Assembly: GCA_964057225.1 (NCBI GenBank) | Contig: OZ059896.1 | Coordinates: forward strand, 2,108,001-2,172,000 | Length of the DNA: 64,000 bases | Direction of reading: 5' to 3' | From: Auanema rhodensis | Taxonomy: Eukaryota; Animalia; Nematoda | In this document: in pieces, positions 13,360-26,400 of the stretch | Layout: the number at the start of each line of letters is the position of its first letter | Position numbering within the stretch: the first letter of the stretch is position 1 | Made by a program: the position numbers and the translations under genes | The notes under the pieces: generated by a model | Seen by the model: only the letters and a program-made list of their open reading frames with translations | Told to the model about the DNA's origin: nothing | Databases searched by the model: none

Positions 13360-13375
13360 AGGAAAATTTTTGTCA
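13351..13375. other. Direct junction between Sat-A (inverted) and Sat-B
   Basis: cttactgaaaatgc | a | ggaaaatttttgtcaaaatg: only one base is not assignable to either flanking repeat. Confidence 0.93.
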
Positions 13376-16300
13376 AAATGTTTTTGGAAGCAATGTTGAG
13401 TGTACATGGAAACTCAACATACACTAATGCATCATTTTTCAAACGATCATAACTAATTTTTGTATTGAGCGTTTCTCCATGTAGTATAGTGCATTCGATG
13501 CGGATTTTTAAGCTGCGTCGATCTGTGTTATCAGATTTGCGCTAGCTTGAAAATGCACCGAGATATCAACTGATATAGGTTCACACTTATATCCTCGATT
13601 TTCACCGTGAAGAATTAATTTTTTTGTTGAATAACAATGTCCATCGTCTTTGTCTTGAAAAAAGGAATCTAAAAACATCTACTTTTTGTGAAATTATTTT
13701 GAAATTTTTCGGGAAACTTTTTGTCAAAATGTTTTTGGAAGCAATGTTGAGTGTACATGGAAACTCAACATACACTAATGCATCATTTTTCAAAGGATCA
13801 TAACTAATTTTTGTATTGAGCGTTTCTTAATGTAGTATAGTGCATTCGATGCGGATTTTTAAGCTGGGTCGATCTGTGTTATCAGATTTGCGCTACCTTA
13901 AAAATACACCGAGATATCAACTGATATAAGTTCACACTTATATCCTCGATTTTCACCCTGAAGAATTAATTTTTTTGTTGAATGACAATGTCCATCGTCT
14001 TTGACTTGAAAAAAGGAATCTAAAAACATCTACTTTTTGTAAATTTATTCTGAAATTTTTCGGGAAAATGTTTGTCAAAATGTTTTTGGAAGCAATGTTG
14101 AGTGTACATGGAAACTCAACATACACTAATGCATCATTTTTCAAACAATCATAACTAATTTTTGTATTGAGCGTTTCTTAATGTAGTATAGTACATTCGA
14201 TGCGGATTTTTAAGCTGCGTCGATCTGTGTTATCAGATTTGCGCTAGCTTAAAAATGAACCGAGATATCAACTGATATAGGTTCACACTTATATCCTCGA
14301 TTTTCACCCTGAAGATTTAATTTTTTCGTTGAATAACATTGTCCATCGTCTTTGTCTTGAAAAAAGGAATCTAAAAACATCTACTTTTTGTGAAATTATT
14401 TTGAAATTTTTCGGGAAAATTTTTGTCAAAATGTTTTTGGAAGCATTGTTGAGTGTACATGGAAACTCAACATACACTAATGCATCATTTTTCAAACGAT
14501 CATAACTAATTTTTGTATTGAGCGTTTCTCCATGTAGTATAGTGCATTCGATGTGGATTTTTAAGCTGGGTCGATCTGTGTTATCAGATTTGCGCTACCT
14601 TAAAAATACACCGAGATATCAACTGATATAAGTTCACACTTATATCCTCGATTTTCACCCTGAAGATTTAATTTTTTCGTTGAATAACATTGTCCATCGT
14701 CTTTGTCTTGAAAAAAGGAATCTAAAAACATCTACTTTTTGTGAAATTATTTTGAAATTTTTCGGGAAAATTTTTGTCAAAATGTTTTTGGAAGCATTGT
14801 TGAGTGTACATGGAAACTCAACATACACTAATGCATCATTTTTCAAAGGATCATAACTAATTTTTGTATTGAGCGTTTCTTAATGTAGTATAGTGCATTC
14901 GATGCGCATTTTTAAGCTGGGTCGATCTGTGTTATCAGATTTGCGCTACCTTAAAAATACACCGAGATATCAACTGATATAAGTTCACACTTATATCCTC
15001 GATTTTCACCCTGAAGAATTAATTTTTTTGTTGAATAACAATGTCCATCGTCTTTGTCTTGAAAAAAGGAATCTAAAAACATCTACTTTTTGTGAAATTA
15101 TTTTGAAATTTTTCGGGAAACTTTTTGTCAAAATGTTTTTAGAAGCAATGTTGAGTGTACATGGAAACTCAACATACACTAATGCATCATTTTTCAAACG
15201 ATCATAACTAATTTTTGTATTGAGCGTTGCTTAATGTAGTATAGTGCATTCGATGCGGATTTTTAAGCTGCGTCGATCTGTGTTATCAGATTTGCGCTAG
15301 CTTAAAAATGCACCGAGATATCAACTGATATAGGTTCACACTTATATCCTCGATTTTCACCGTGAAGAATTAATTTTTTTGTTGAATGACAATGTCCATC
15401 GTCTTTGTCTTGAAAAAAGAAATCTAAAAACATCTACTTTTTGTAAAATTATTTTGAAATTTTTCGGGAAAATTTTTGTCAAAATGTTTTTGGAAGCAAT
15501 GTTGTGTGTACATGGAAACTCAACATACACTAATGCATCATTTTTCAAACGATCATAACTAATTTTTGTATTGAGCGTTTCTTAATGTAGTATAGTGCAT
15601 TCGATGCGGATTTTTAAGCTGCGTCGATCTGTGTTATCAGATTTGCGCTAGCTTAAAAATGAACCGAGATCTCAACTGATATAGGTTCACACTTATATCC
15701 TCGATTTTCACCGTGAAGAATTAATTTTTTTGTTGAATGACAATGTCCATCGTCTTTGTCTTGAAAAAAGGAATCTAAAAACATCTACTTTTTGTAAATT
15801 TATTCTGAAATTTTTCGGGAAAATGTTTGTCAAAATGTTTTTGGAAGCAATGTTGAGTGTACATGGAAACTCAACATACACTAATGCATCATTTTTCAAA
15901 CAATCATAACTAATTTTTGTATTGAGCGTTTCTTAATGTAGTATAGTACATTCGATGCGGATTTTTAAGCTGCGTCGATCTGTGTTATCAGATTTGCGCT
16001 AGCTTAAAAATGAACCGAGATATCAACTGATATATGTTCACACTTATATCCTCGATTTTCACCCTGAAGAATTAATTTTTTCGTTGAATAACATTGTCCA
16101 TCGTCTTTGTCTTGAAAAAAGGAATCTAAAAACATCTACTTTTTGTGAAATTATTTTGAAATTTTTCGGGAAAATTTTTGTCAAAATGTTTTTGGAAGCA
16201 TTGTTGAGTGTACATGGAAACTCAACATACACTAATGCATCATTTTTCAAACGATCATAACTAATTTTTGTATTGAGCGTTTCTCCATGTAGTATAGTGC

Positions 16301-19300
16301 ATTCGATGCGGATTTTTAAGCTGCGTCGATCTGTGTTATCAGATTTGCGCTAGCTTAAAAATGAACCGAGATCTCAACTGATATAGGTTCACACTTATAT
16401 CCTCGATTTTCACCGTGAAGAATTAATTTTTTTGTTGAATGACAATGTCCATCGTCTTTGTCTTGAAAAAAGGAATCTAAAAACATCTACTTTTTGTAAA
16501 TTTATTCTGAAATTTTTCGGGAAAATGTTTGTCAAAATGTTTTTGGAAGCAATGTTGAGTGTACATGGAAACTCAACATACACTAATGCATCATTTTTCA
16601 AACAATCATAACTAATTTTTGTATTGAGCGTTTCTTAATGTAGTATAGTACATTCGATGCGGATTTTTAAGCTGCGTCGATCTGTGTTATCAGATTTGCG
16701 CTAGCTTAAAAATGAACCGAGATATCAACTGATATAGGTTCACACTTATATCCTCGATTTTCACCCTGAAGAATTAATTTTTTCGTTGAATAACATTGTC
16801 CATCGTCTTTTTCTTGAAAAAAGGAATCTAAAAACATCTACTTTTTGTGAAATTATTTTGAAATTTTTCGGGAAAATTTTTGTCAAAATGTTTTTGGAAG
16901 CATTGTTGAGTGTACATGGAAACTCAACATACACTAATGCATCATTTTTCAAACGATCATAACTAATTTTTGTATTGAGCGTTTCTCCATGTAGTATAGT
17001 GCATTCGATGCGGATTTTTAAGCTGCGTCGATCTGTGTTATCAGATTTGCGCTAGCTTGAAAATGCACCGAGATATCAACTGATATAGGTTCACACTTAT
17101 ATCCTCGATTTTCACCGTGAAGAATTAATTTTTTTGTTGAATAACAATGTCCATCGTCTTTGTCTTGAAAAAAGAAATCTAAAAACATCTACTTTTTGTG
17201 AAATTATTTTGAAATTTTTCGGGAAAATTTTTGTCAAAATGTTTCTGGAAGCAATGTTGAGTGTACATGGAAACTCAACATACACTAATGCATCATTTTT
17301 CAAACGATCATAACTAATTTTTGTATTGAGTGTTTCCCAATGTAGTATAGTGCATTCGATGTGGATTTTTAAGCTGCGTCGATCTGTGTTATCAGATTTG
17401 CGCTAGCTTAAAAATGCACCGAGATATCAACTGATATAAGTTCACACTTATATCCTCGATTTTCACCCTGAAGAATTAATTTTTTTGTTGAATAACAAAG
17501 TCCATCGTCTTTGTCTTGAAAAAAGGAATCTAAAAACATCTACTTTTTGTGAAATTATTTTGAAATTTTTCGGGAAAATTTTTGTCAAAATGTTTTTGGA
17601 AGCAATGTTGAGTGTACATGGAAACTCAACATACACTAATGCATCATTTTTCAAACGATCATAACTAATTTTTGTATTGAGCGTTTCTCCATGTAGTATA
17701 GTGCATTCGATGCGGATTTTTAAGCTGCGTCGATCTGTGTTATCAGATTTGCGCTAGCTTGAAAATGCACCGAGATATCAACTGATATAGGTTCACACTT
17801 ATATCATCGATTTTCACCGTGAAGAATTAATTTTTTTGTTGAATGACAATGTCCATCGTCTTTGTCTTGAAAAAAGGAATCTAAAAACATCTACTTTTTG
17901 TAAATTTATTCTGAAATTTTTCGGGAAAATGTTTGTCAAAATGTTTTTGGAAGCAATGTTGAGTGTACATGGAAACTCAACATACACTAATGCATCATTT
18001 TTCAAACAATCATAACTAATTTTTGTATTGAGCGTTTCTTAATGTAGTATAGTACATTCGATGCGGATTTTTAAGCTGCGTCGATCTGTGTTATCAGATT
18101 TGCGCTAGCTTAAAAATGAACCGAGATATCAACTGATATAGGTTCACACTTATATCCTCGATTTTCACCCTGAAGATTTAATTTTTTCGTTGAATAACAT
18201 TGTCCATCGTCTTTGTCTTGAAAAAAAGAATCTAAAAACATCTACTTTTTGTGAAATTATTTTGAAATTTTTCGGGAAAATTTTTGTCAAAATGTTTTTG
18301 GAAGCATTGTTGAGTGTACATGGAAACTCAACATACACTAATGCATCATTTTTCAAACGATCATAACTAATTTTTGTATTGAGCGTTTCTCCATGTAGTA
18401 TAGTGCATTCGATGCGGATTTTTAAGCTGCGTCGATCTGTGTTATCAGATTTGCGCTAGCTTGAAAATGCACCGAGATATCAACTGATATAGGTTCACAC
18501 TTATATCCTCGATTTTCACCGTGAAGAATTAATTTTTTTGTTGAATGACAATGTCCATCGTCTTTGTCTTGAAAAAAGGAATCTAAAAACATCTACTTTT
18601 CGTAAATTTATTCTGAAATGTTTCGGGAAAATGTTTGTCAAAATGTTTTTGGAAGCAATGTTGAGTGTACATGGAAACTCAACATACACTAATGCATCAT
18701 TTTTCAAACAATCATAACTAATTTTTGTATTGAGCGTTTCTTAATGTAGTATAGTACATTCGATGCGGATTTTTAAGCTGCGTCGATCTGTGTTATCAGA
18801 TTTGCGCTAGCTTAAAAATGAACCGAGATATCAACTGATATAGGTTCACACTTATATCCTCGATTTTCACCCTGAAGATTTAATTTTTTCGTTGAATAAC
18901 ATTGTCCATCGTCTTTGTCTTGAAAAAAGGAATCTAAAAACATCTACTTTTTGTGAAATTATTTTGAAATTTTTCGGGAAAATTTTTGTCAAAATGTTTT
19001 TGGAAGCATTGTTGAGTGTACATGGAAACTCAACATACACTAATGCATCATTTTTCAAACGATCATAACTAGTTTTTGTATTGAGCGTTTCTTAATGTAG
19101 TATAGTACATTCGATGCGGATTTTTAAGCTGCGTCGATCTGTGTTATCAGATTTGCGCTAGCTTAAAAATGAACCGAGATATCAACTGATATAGGTTCAC
19201 ACTTATATCCTCGATTTTCACCCTGAAGATTTAATTTTTTCGTTGAATAACATTGTCCATCGTCTTTGTCTTGAAAAAAGGAATCTAAAAACATCTACTT

Positions 19301-22300
19301 TTTGTGAAATTATTTTGAAATTTTTCGGGAAAATTTTTGTCAAAATGTTTTTGGAAGCATTGTTGAGTGTACATGGAAACTCAACATACACTAATGCATC
19401 ATTTTTCAAACGATCATAACTAATTTTTGTATTGAGCGTTTCTCCATGTAGTATAGTGCATTCGATGCGGATTTTTAAGCTGCGTCGATCTGTGTTATCA
19501 GATTTGCGCTAGCTTGAAAATGCACCGAGATATCAACTGATATAGGTTCACACTTATATCCTCGATTTTCACCGTGAAGAATTAATTTTTTTGTTGAATA
19601 ACAATGTCCATCGTCTTTGTCTTGAAAAAAGAAATCTAAAAACATCTACTTTTTGTGAAATTATTTTGAAATTTTTCGGGAAAATTTTTGTCAAAATGTT
19701 TCTGGAAGCAATGTTGAGTGTACATGGAAACTCAACATACACTAATGCATCATTTTTCAAACGATCATAACTAATTTTTGTATTGAGTGTTTCCCAATGT
19801 AGTATAGTGCATTCGATGTGGATTTTTAAGCTGCGTCGATCTGTGTTATCAGATTTGCGCTAGCTTAAAAATGCACCGAGATATCAACTGATATAAGTTC
19901 ACACTTATATCCTCGATTTTCACCCTGAAGAATTAATTTTTTTGTTGAATAACAATGTCCATCGTCTTTGTCTTGAAAAAAGGAATCTAAAAACATCTAC
20001 TTTTTGTGAAATTATTTTGAAATTTTTCGGGAAAATTTTTGTCAAAATGTTTTTGGAAGCAATGTTGAGTGTACATGGAAACTCAACATACACTAATGCA
20101 TCATTTTTCAAACGATCATAACTAATTTTTGTATTGAGTGTTTCCCAATGTAGTATAGTGCATTCGATGTGGATTTTTAAGCTGCGTCGATCTGTGTTAT
20201 CAGATTTGCGCTAGCTTAAAAATGCACCGAGATATCAACTGATATAAGTTCACACTTATATCCTCGATTTTCACCCTGAAGAATTAATTTTTTTGTTGAA
20301 TAACAATGTCCATCGTCTTTGTCTTGAAAAAAGGAATCTAAAAACATCTACTTTTTGTGAAATTATTTTGAAATTTTTCGGGAAAATTTTTGTCAAAATG
20401 TTTTTGGAAGCATTGTTGAGTGTACATGGAAACTCAACATACACTAATGCATCATTTTTCAAACGATCATAACTAGTTTTTGTATTGAGCGTTTCTTAAT
20501 GTAGTATAGTACATTCGATGCGGATTTTTAAGCTGCGTCGATCTGTGTTATCAGATTTGCGCTAGCTTAAAAATGAACCGAGATATCAACTGATATAGGT
20601 TCACACTTATATCCTCGATTTTCACCCTGAAGATTTAATTTTTTCGTTGAATAACATTGTCCATCGTCTTTGTCTTGAAAAAAGGAATCTAAAAACATCT
20701 ACTTTTTGTGAAATTATTTTGAAATTTTTCGGGAAAATTTTTGTCAAAATGTTTTTGGAAGCATTGTTGAGTGTACATGGAAACTCAACATACACTAATG
20801 CATCATTTTTCAAACGATCATAACTAATTTTTGTATTGAGCGTTTCTCCATGTAGTATAGTGCATTCGATGCGGATTTTTAAGCTGCGTCGATCTGTGTT
20901 ATCAGATTTGCGCTAGCTTGAAAATGCACCGAGATATCAACTGATATAGGTTCACACTTATATCCTCGATTTTCACCGTGAAGAATTAATTTTTTTGTTG
21001 AATAACAATGTCCATCGTCTTTGTCTTGAAAAAAGAAATCTAAAAACATCTACTTTTTGTGAAATTATTTTGAAATTTTTCGGGAAAATTTTTGTCAAAA
21101 TGTTTCTGGAAGCAATGTTGAGTGTACATGGAAACTCAACATACACTAATGCATCATTTTTCAAACGATCATAACTAATTTTTGTATTGAGTGTTTCCCA
21201 ATGTAGTATAGTGCATTCGATGTGGATTTTTAAGCTGCGTCGATCTGTGTTATCAGATTTGCGCTAGCTTAAAAATGCACCGAGATATCAACTGATATAA
21301 GTTCACACTTATATCCTCGATTTTCACCCTGAAGAATTAATTTTTTTGTTGAATAACAATGTCCATCGTCTTTGTCTTGAAAAAAGGAATCTAAAAACAT
21401 CTACTTTTTGTGAAATTATTTTGAAATTTTTCGGGAAAATTTTTGTCAAAATGTTTTTGGAAGCAATGTTGAGTGTACATGGAAACTCAACATACACTAA
21501 TGCATCATTTTTCAAACGATCATAACTAATTTTTGTATTGAGTGTTTCCCAATGTAGTATAGTGCATTCGATGTGGATTTTTAAGCTGCGTCGATCTGTG
21601 TTATCAGATTTGCGCTAGCTTAAAAATGCACCGAGATATCAACTGATATAAGTTCACACTTATATCCTCGATTTTCACCCTGAAGAATTAATTTTTTTGT
21701 TGAATAAGAATGTCCATCGTCTTTGTCTTGAAAAAAGGAATCTAAAAACATCTACTTTTTGTGAAATTATTTTGAAATTTTTCGGGAAAATTTTTGTCAA
21801 AATGTTTTTGGAAGCAATGTTGAGTGTACATGGAAACTCAACATACACTAATGCATCATTTTTCAAACGATCATAACTAATTTTTGTATTGAGCGTTTCT
21901 CCATGTAGTATAGTGCATTCGATGCGGATTTTTAAGCTGCGTCGATCTGTGTTATCAGATTTGCGCTAGCTTGAAAATGCACCGAGATATCAACTGATAT
22001 AGGTTCACACTTATATCCTCGATTTTCACCGTGAAGAATTAATTTTTTCGTTGAATAACAATGTCCATCGTCTTTGTCTTGAAAAAAGGAATCTAAAAAC
22101 ATCTACTTTTTGTGAAATTATTTTGAAATTTTTCGGGAAAATTTTTGTCAAAATGTTTTTGGAAGCATTGTTGAGTGTACATGGAAACTCAACATACACT
22201 AATGCATCATTTTTCAAACGATCATAACTAATTTTTGTATTGAGCGTTTCTCCATGTAGTATAGTGCATTCGATGCGGATTTTTAAGCTGCGTCGATCTG

Positions 22301-23429
22301 TGTTATCAGATTTGCGCTAGCTTGAAAATGCACCGAGATATCAACTGATATAGGTTCACACTTATATCCTCGATTTTCACCGTGAAGAATTAATTTTTTT
22401 GTTGAATAACAATGTCCATCGTCTTTGTCTTGAAAAAAGGAATCTAAAAACATCTACTTTTTGTGAAATTATTTTGAAATTTTTCGGGAAAATTTTTGTC
22501 AAAATGTTTTTGGAAGCAATGTTGAGTGTACATGGAAACTCAACATACACTAATGCATCATTTTTCAAACGATCATAACTAATTTTTGTATTGAGTGTTT
22601 CCCAATGTAGTATAGTGCATTCGATGTGGATTTTTAAGCTGCGTCGATCTGTGTTATCAGATTTGCGCTAGCTTAAAAATGCACCGAGATATCAACTGAT
22701 ATAAGTTCACACTTATATCCTCGATTTTCACCCTGAAGAATTAATTTTTTTGTTGAATAACAATGTCCATCGTCTTTGTCTTGAAAAAAGGAATTTAAAA
22801 ACATCTACTTTTTGTGAAATTATTTTGAAATTTTTCGGGAAAATTTTTGTCAAAATGTTTTTGGAAGCAATGTTGAGTGTACATGGAAACTCAACATACA
22901 CTAATGCATCATTTTTCAAACGATCATAACTAATTTTTGTATTGAGTGTTTCCCAATGTAGTATAGTGCATTCGATGTGGATTTTTAAGCTGCGTCGATC
23001 TGTGTTATCAGATTTGCGCTAGCTTAAAAATACACCGAGATATCAACTGATATAAGTTCACACTTATATCCTCGATTTTCACCCTGAAGAATTAATTTTT
23101 TTGTTGAATAACAATGTCCATCGTCTTTGTCTCGAAAAAAGGAATCTAAAAACATCTACTTTTTGTGAAATTATTTTGAAATTTTTCGGGAAACTTTTTG
23201 TCAAAATGTTTTTGGAAGCAATGTTGAGTGTACATGGAAACTCAACATACACTAATGCATCATTTTTCAAACGATCATAACTAATTTTTGTATTGAGCGT
23301 TGCTTAATGTAGTATAGTGCATTCGATGCGGATTTTTAAGCTGCGTCGATCTGTGTTATCAGATTTGCGCTAGCTTAAAAATGCACCGAGATATCAACTG
23401 ATATAGGTTCACACTTATATCCTCGATTT

Positions 23430-26400
23430 TCACTGTGAAGAATTAATTTTTTTGTTGAATGACAATGTCCATCGTCTTTGTCTTGAAAAAAGAAATCTAA
23501 AAACATCTACTTTTTGTAAAATTATTTTGAAATTTTTCGGGAAAATTTTTGTCAAAATGTTTTTGGAAGCAATGTTGTGTGTACATGGAAACTCAACATA
23601 CACTAATGCATCATTTTTCAAACGATCATAACTAATTTTTGTATTGAGCGTTTCTTAATGTAGTATAGTACATTCGATGCGGATTTTTAAGCTGCGTCGA
23701 TCTGTGTTATCAGATTTGCGCTAGCTTAAAAATGAACCGAGATATCAACTGATATAGGTTCACACTTATATCCTCGATTTTCACCCTGAAGATTTAATTT
23801 TTTCGTTGAATAACATTGTCCATCGTCTTTGTCTTGGAAAAAGGAATCTAAAAACATCTACTTTTTGTAAATTTATTCTGAAATTTTTCGGGAAAATTTT
23901 TGTCAAAATGTTTTTGGAAGCATTGTTGAGTGTACATGGAAACTCAACATACACTAATGCATCATTTTTCAAACGATCATAACTAATTTTTGTATTGAGC
24001 GTTTCTTCATGTAGTATAGTGCATTCGATGCGGATTTTTAAGCTGCGTCGATCTGTGTTATCAGATTTGCGCTAGCTTGAAAATGCACCGAGATATTAAC
24101 TGATATAGGTTCACACTTATATCCTCGATTTTCACCCTGAAGATTTAATTTTTTCGTTGAATAACATTGTCCATCGTCTTTGTCTTGAAAAAAGGAATCT
24201 AAAAACATCTACTTTTTGTGAAATTATTTTGAAATTTTTCGGGAAAATTTTTGTCAAAATGTTTTTGGAAGCATTGTTGAGTGTACATGGAAACTCAACA
24301 TACACTAATGCATCATTTTTCAAACAGTCATAACTAATTTTTGTATTGAGCGTTTCTTAATGTAGTATAGTACATTCGATGCGGATTTTTAAGCTGCGTC
24401 GATCTGTGTTATCAGATTTGCGCTAGCTTGAAAATGCACCGAGATATCAACTGATATAGGTTCACACTTATATCCTCGATTTTCACCGTGAAGAATTAAT
24501 TTTTTTGTTGAATAACAATGTCCATCGTCTTTGTCTTGAAAAAAGGAATCTAAAAACATCTACTTTTTGTAAAATTATCTTGAAATTTTTCGGGAAAATT
24601 TTTGTCAAAATGTTTCTGGAAGCAATGTTGAGTGTACATGGAAACTCAACATACACTAATGCATCATTTTTCAAACGATCATAACTAATTTTTGTATTGA
24701 GCGTTTCTTAATGTAGTATAGTACATTCGATGCGGATTTTTAAGCTGCGTCGATCTGTGTTATCAGATTTGCGCTAGCTTAAAAATGAACCGAGATATCA
24801 ACTTATATAGGTTCACACTTATATCCTCGATTTTCACCGTGAAGAATTAATTTTTTTGTTGAATGACAATGTCCATCGTCTTTGTCTTGAAAAAAGGAAT
24901 CTAAAAACATCTACTTTTTGTAAATTTATTCTGAAATTTTTCGGGAAAATGTTTGTCAAAATGTTTTTGGAAGCAATGTTGAGTGTACATGGAAACTCAA
25001 CATACACTAATGCATCATTTTTCAAACAATCATAACTAATTTTTGTATTGAGCGTTTCTTAATGTAGTATAGTACATTCGATGCGGATTTTTAAGCTGCG
25101 TCGATCTGTGTTATCAGATTTGCGCTAGCTTAAAAATGAACCGAGATATCAACTGATATAGGTTCACACTTATATCCTCGATTTTCACCCTGAAGATTTA
25201 ATTTTTTCGTTGAATAACATTGTCCATCGTCTTTGTCTTGGAAAAAGGAATCTAAAAACATCTACTTTTTGTAAATTTATTCTGAAATTTTTCGGGAAAA
25301 TTTTTGTCAAAATGTTTTTGGAAGCATTGTTGAGTGTACATGGAAACTCAACATACACTAATGCATCATTTTTCAAACAATCATAACTAATTTTTGTATT
25401 GAGCGTTTCTTAATGTAGTATAGTACATTCGATGCGGATTTTTAAGCTGCGTCGATCTGTGTTATCAGATTTGCGCTAGCTTAAAAATGAACCGAGATAT
25501 CAACTGATATAGGTTCACACTTATATCCTCGATTTTCACTGTGAAGAATTAATTTTTTTGTTGAATGACAATGTCCATCGTCTTTGTCTTGAAAAAAGAA
25601 ATCTAAAAACATCTACTTTTTGTAAAATTATTTTGAAATTTTTCGGGAAAATTTTTGTCAAAATGTTTTTGGAAGCAATGTTGTGTGTACATGGAAACTC
25701 AACATACACTAATGCATCATTTTTCAAACGATCATAACTAATTTTTGTATTGAGCGTTTCTTAATGTAGTATAGTACATTCGATGCGGATTTTTAAGCTG
25801 CGTCGATCTGTGTTATCAGATTTGCGCTAGCTTAAAAATGAACCGAGATATCAACTGATATAGGTTCACACTTATATCCTCGATTTTCACCCTGAAGATT
25901 TAATTTTTTCGTTGAATAACATTGTCCATCGTCTTTGTCTTGGAAAAAGGAATCTAAAAACATCTACTTTTTGTAAATTTATTCTGAAATTTTTCGGGAA
26001 AATTTTTGTCAAAATGTTTTTGGAAGCATTGTTGAGTGTACATGGAAACTCAACATACACTAATGCATCATTTTTCAAACGATCATAACTAATTTTTGTA
26101 TTGAGCGTTTCTTCATGTAGTATAGTGCATTCGATGCGGATTTTTAAGCTGCGTCGATCTGTGTTATCAGATTTGCGCTAGCTTGAAAATGCACCGAGAT
26201 ATCAACTGATATAGGTTCACACTTATATCCTCGATTTTCACCCTGAAGATTTAATTTTTTCGTTGAATAACATTGTCCATCGTCTTTGTCTTGAAAAAAG
26301 GAATCTAAAAACATCTACTTTTTGTGAAATTATTTTGAAATTTTTCGGGAAAATTTTTGTCGAAATGTTTTTGGAAGCATTGTTGAGTGTACATGGAAAC

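Noticed and set aside
13491-13506. CENP-B box-like motif (ttcgatgcgg)
   Set aside because: Spacing does not fit the TTCG-N4-A-N2-CGGG consensus.
13600-13840. Sat-B as a dimer of ~175-bp subunits, or as a derivative of Sat-A
   Set aside because: Only short T-rich echoes (tttca...taattttt...tccat at ~188-bp lag; ttgaaattt) are visible, which is not distinguishable by eye from compositional chance.
13953-14010. Hammerhead ribozyme / retrozyme (351-bp unit size, CTGAAGA box followed by GAAA)
   Set aside because: CTGAAGA is present in only some monomers (others have GTGAAGA), and I could not build stem II or III around a downstream GAAA. The minus strand has only CTGATAA. An Infernal or RNAMotif search would settle it.
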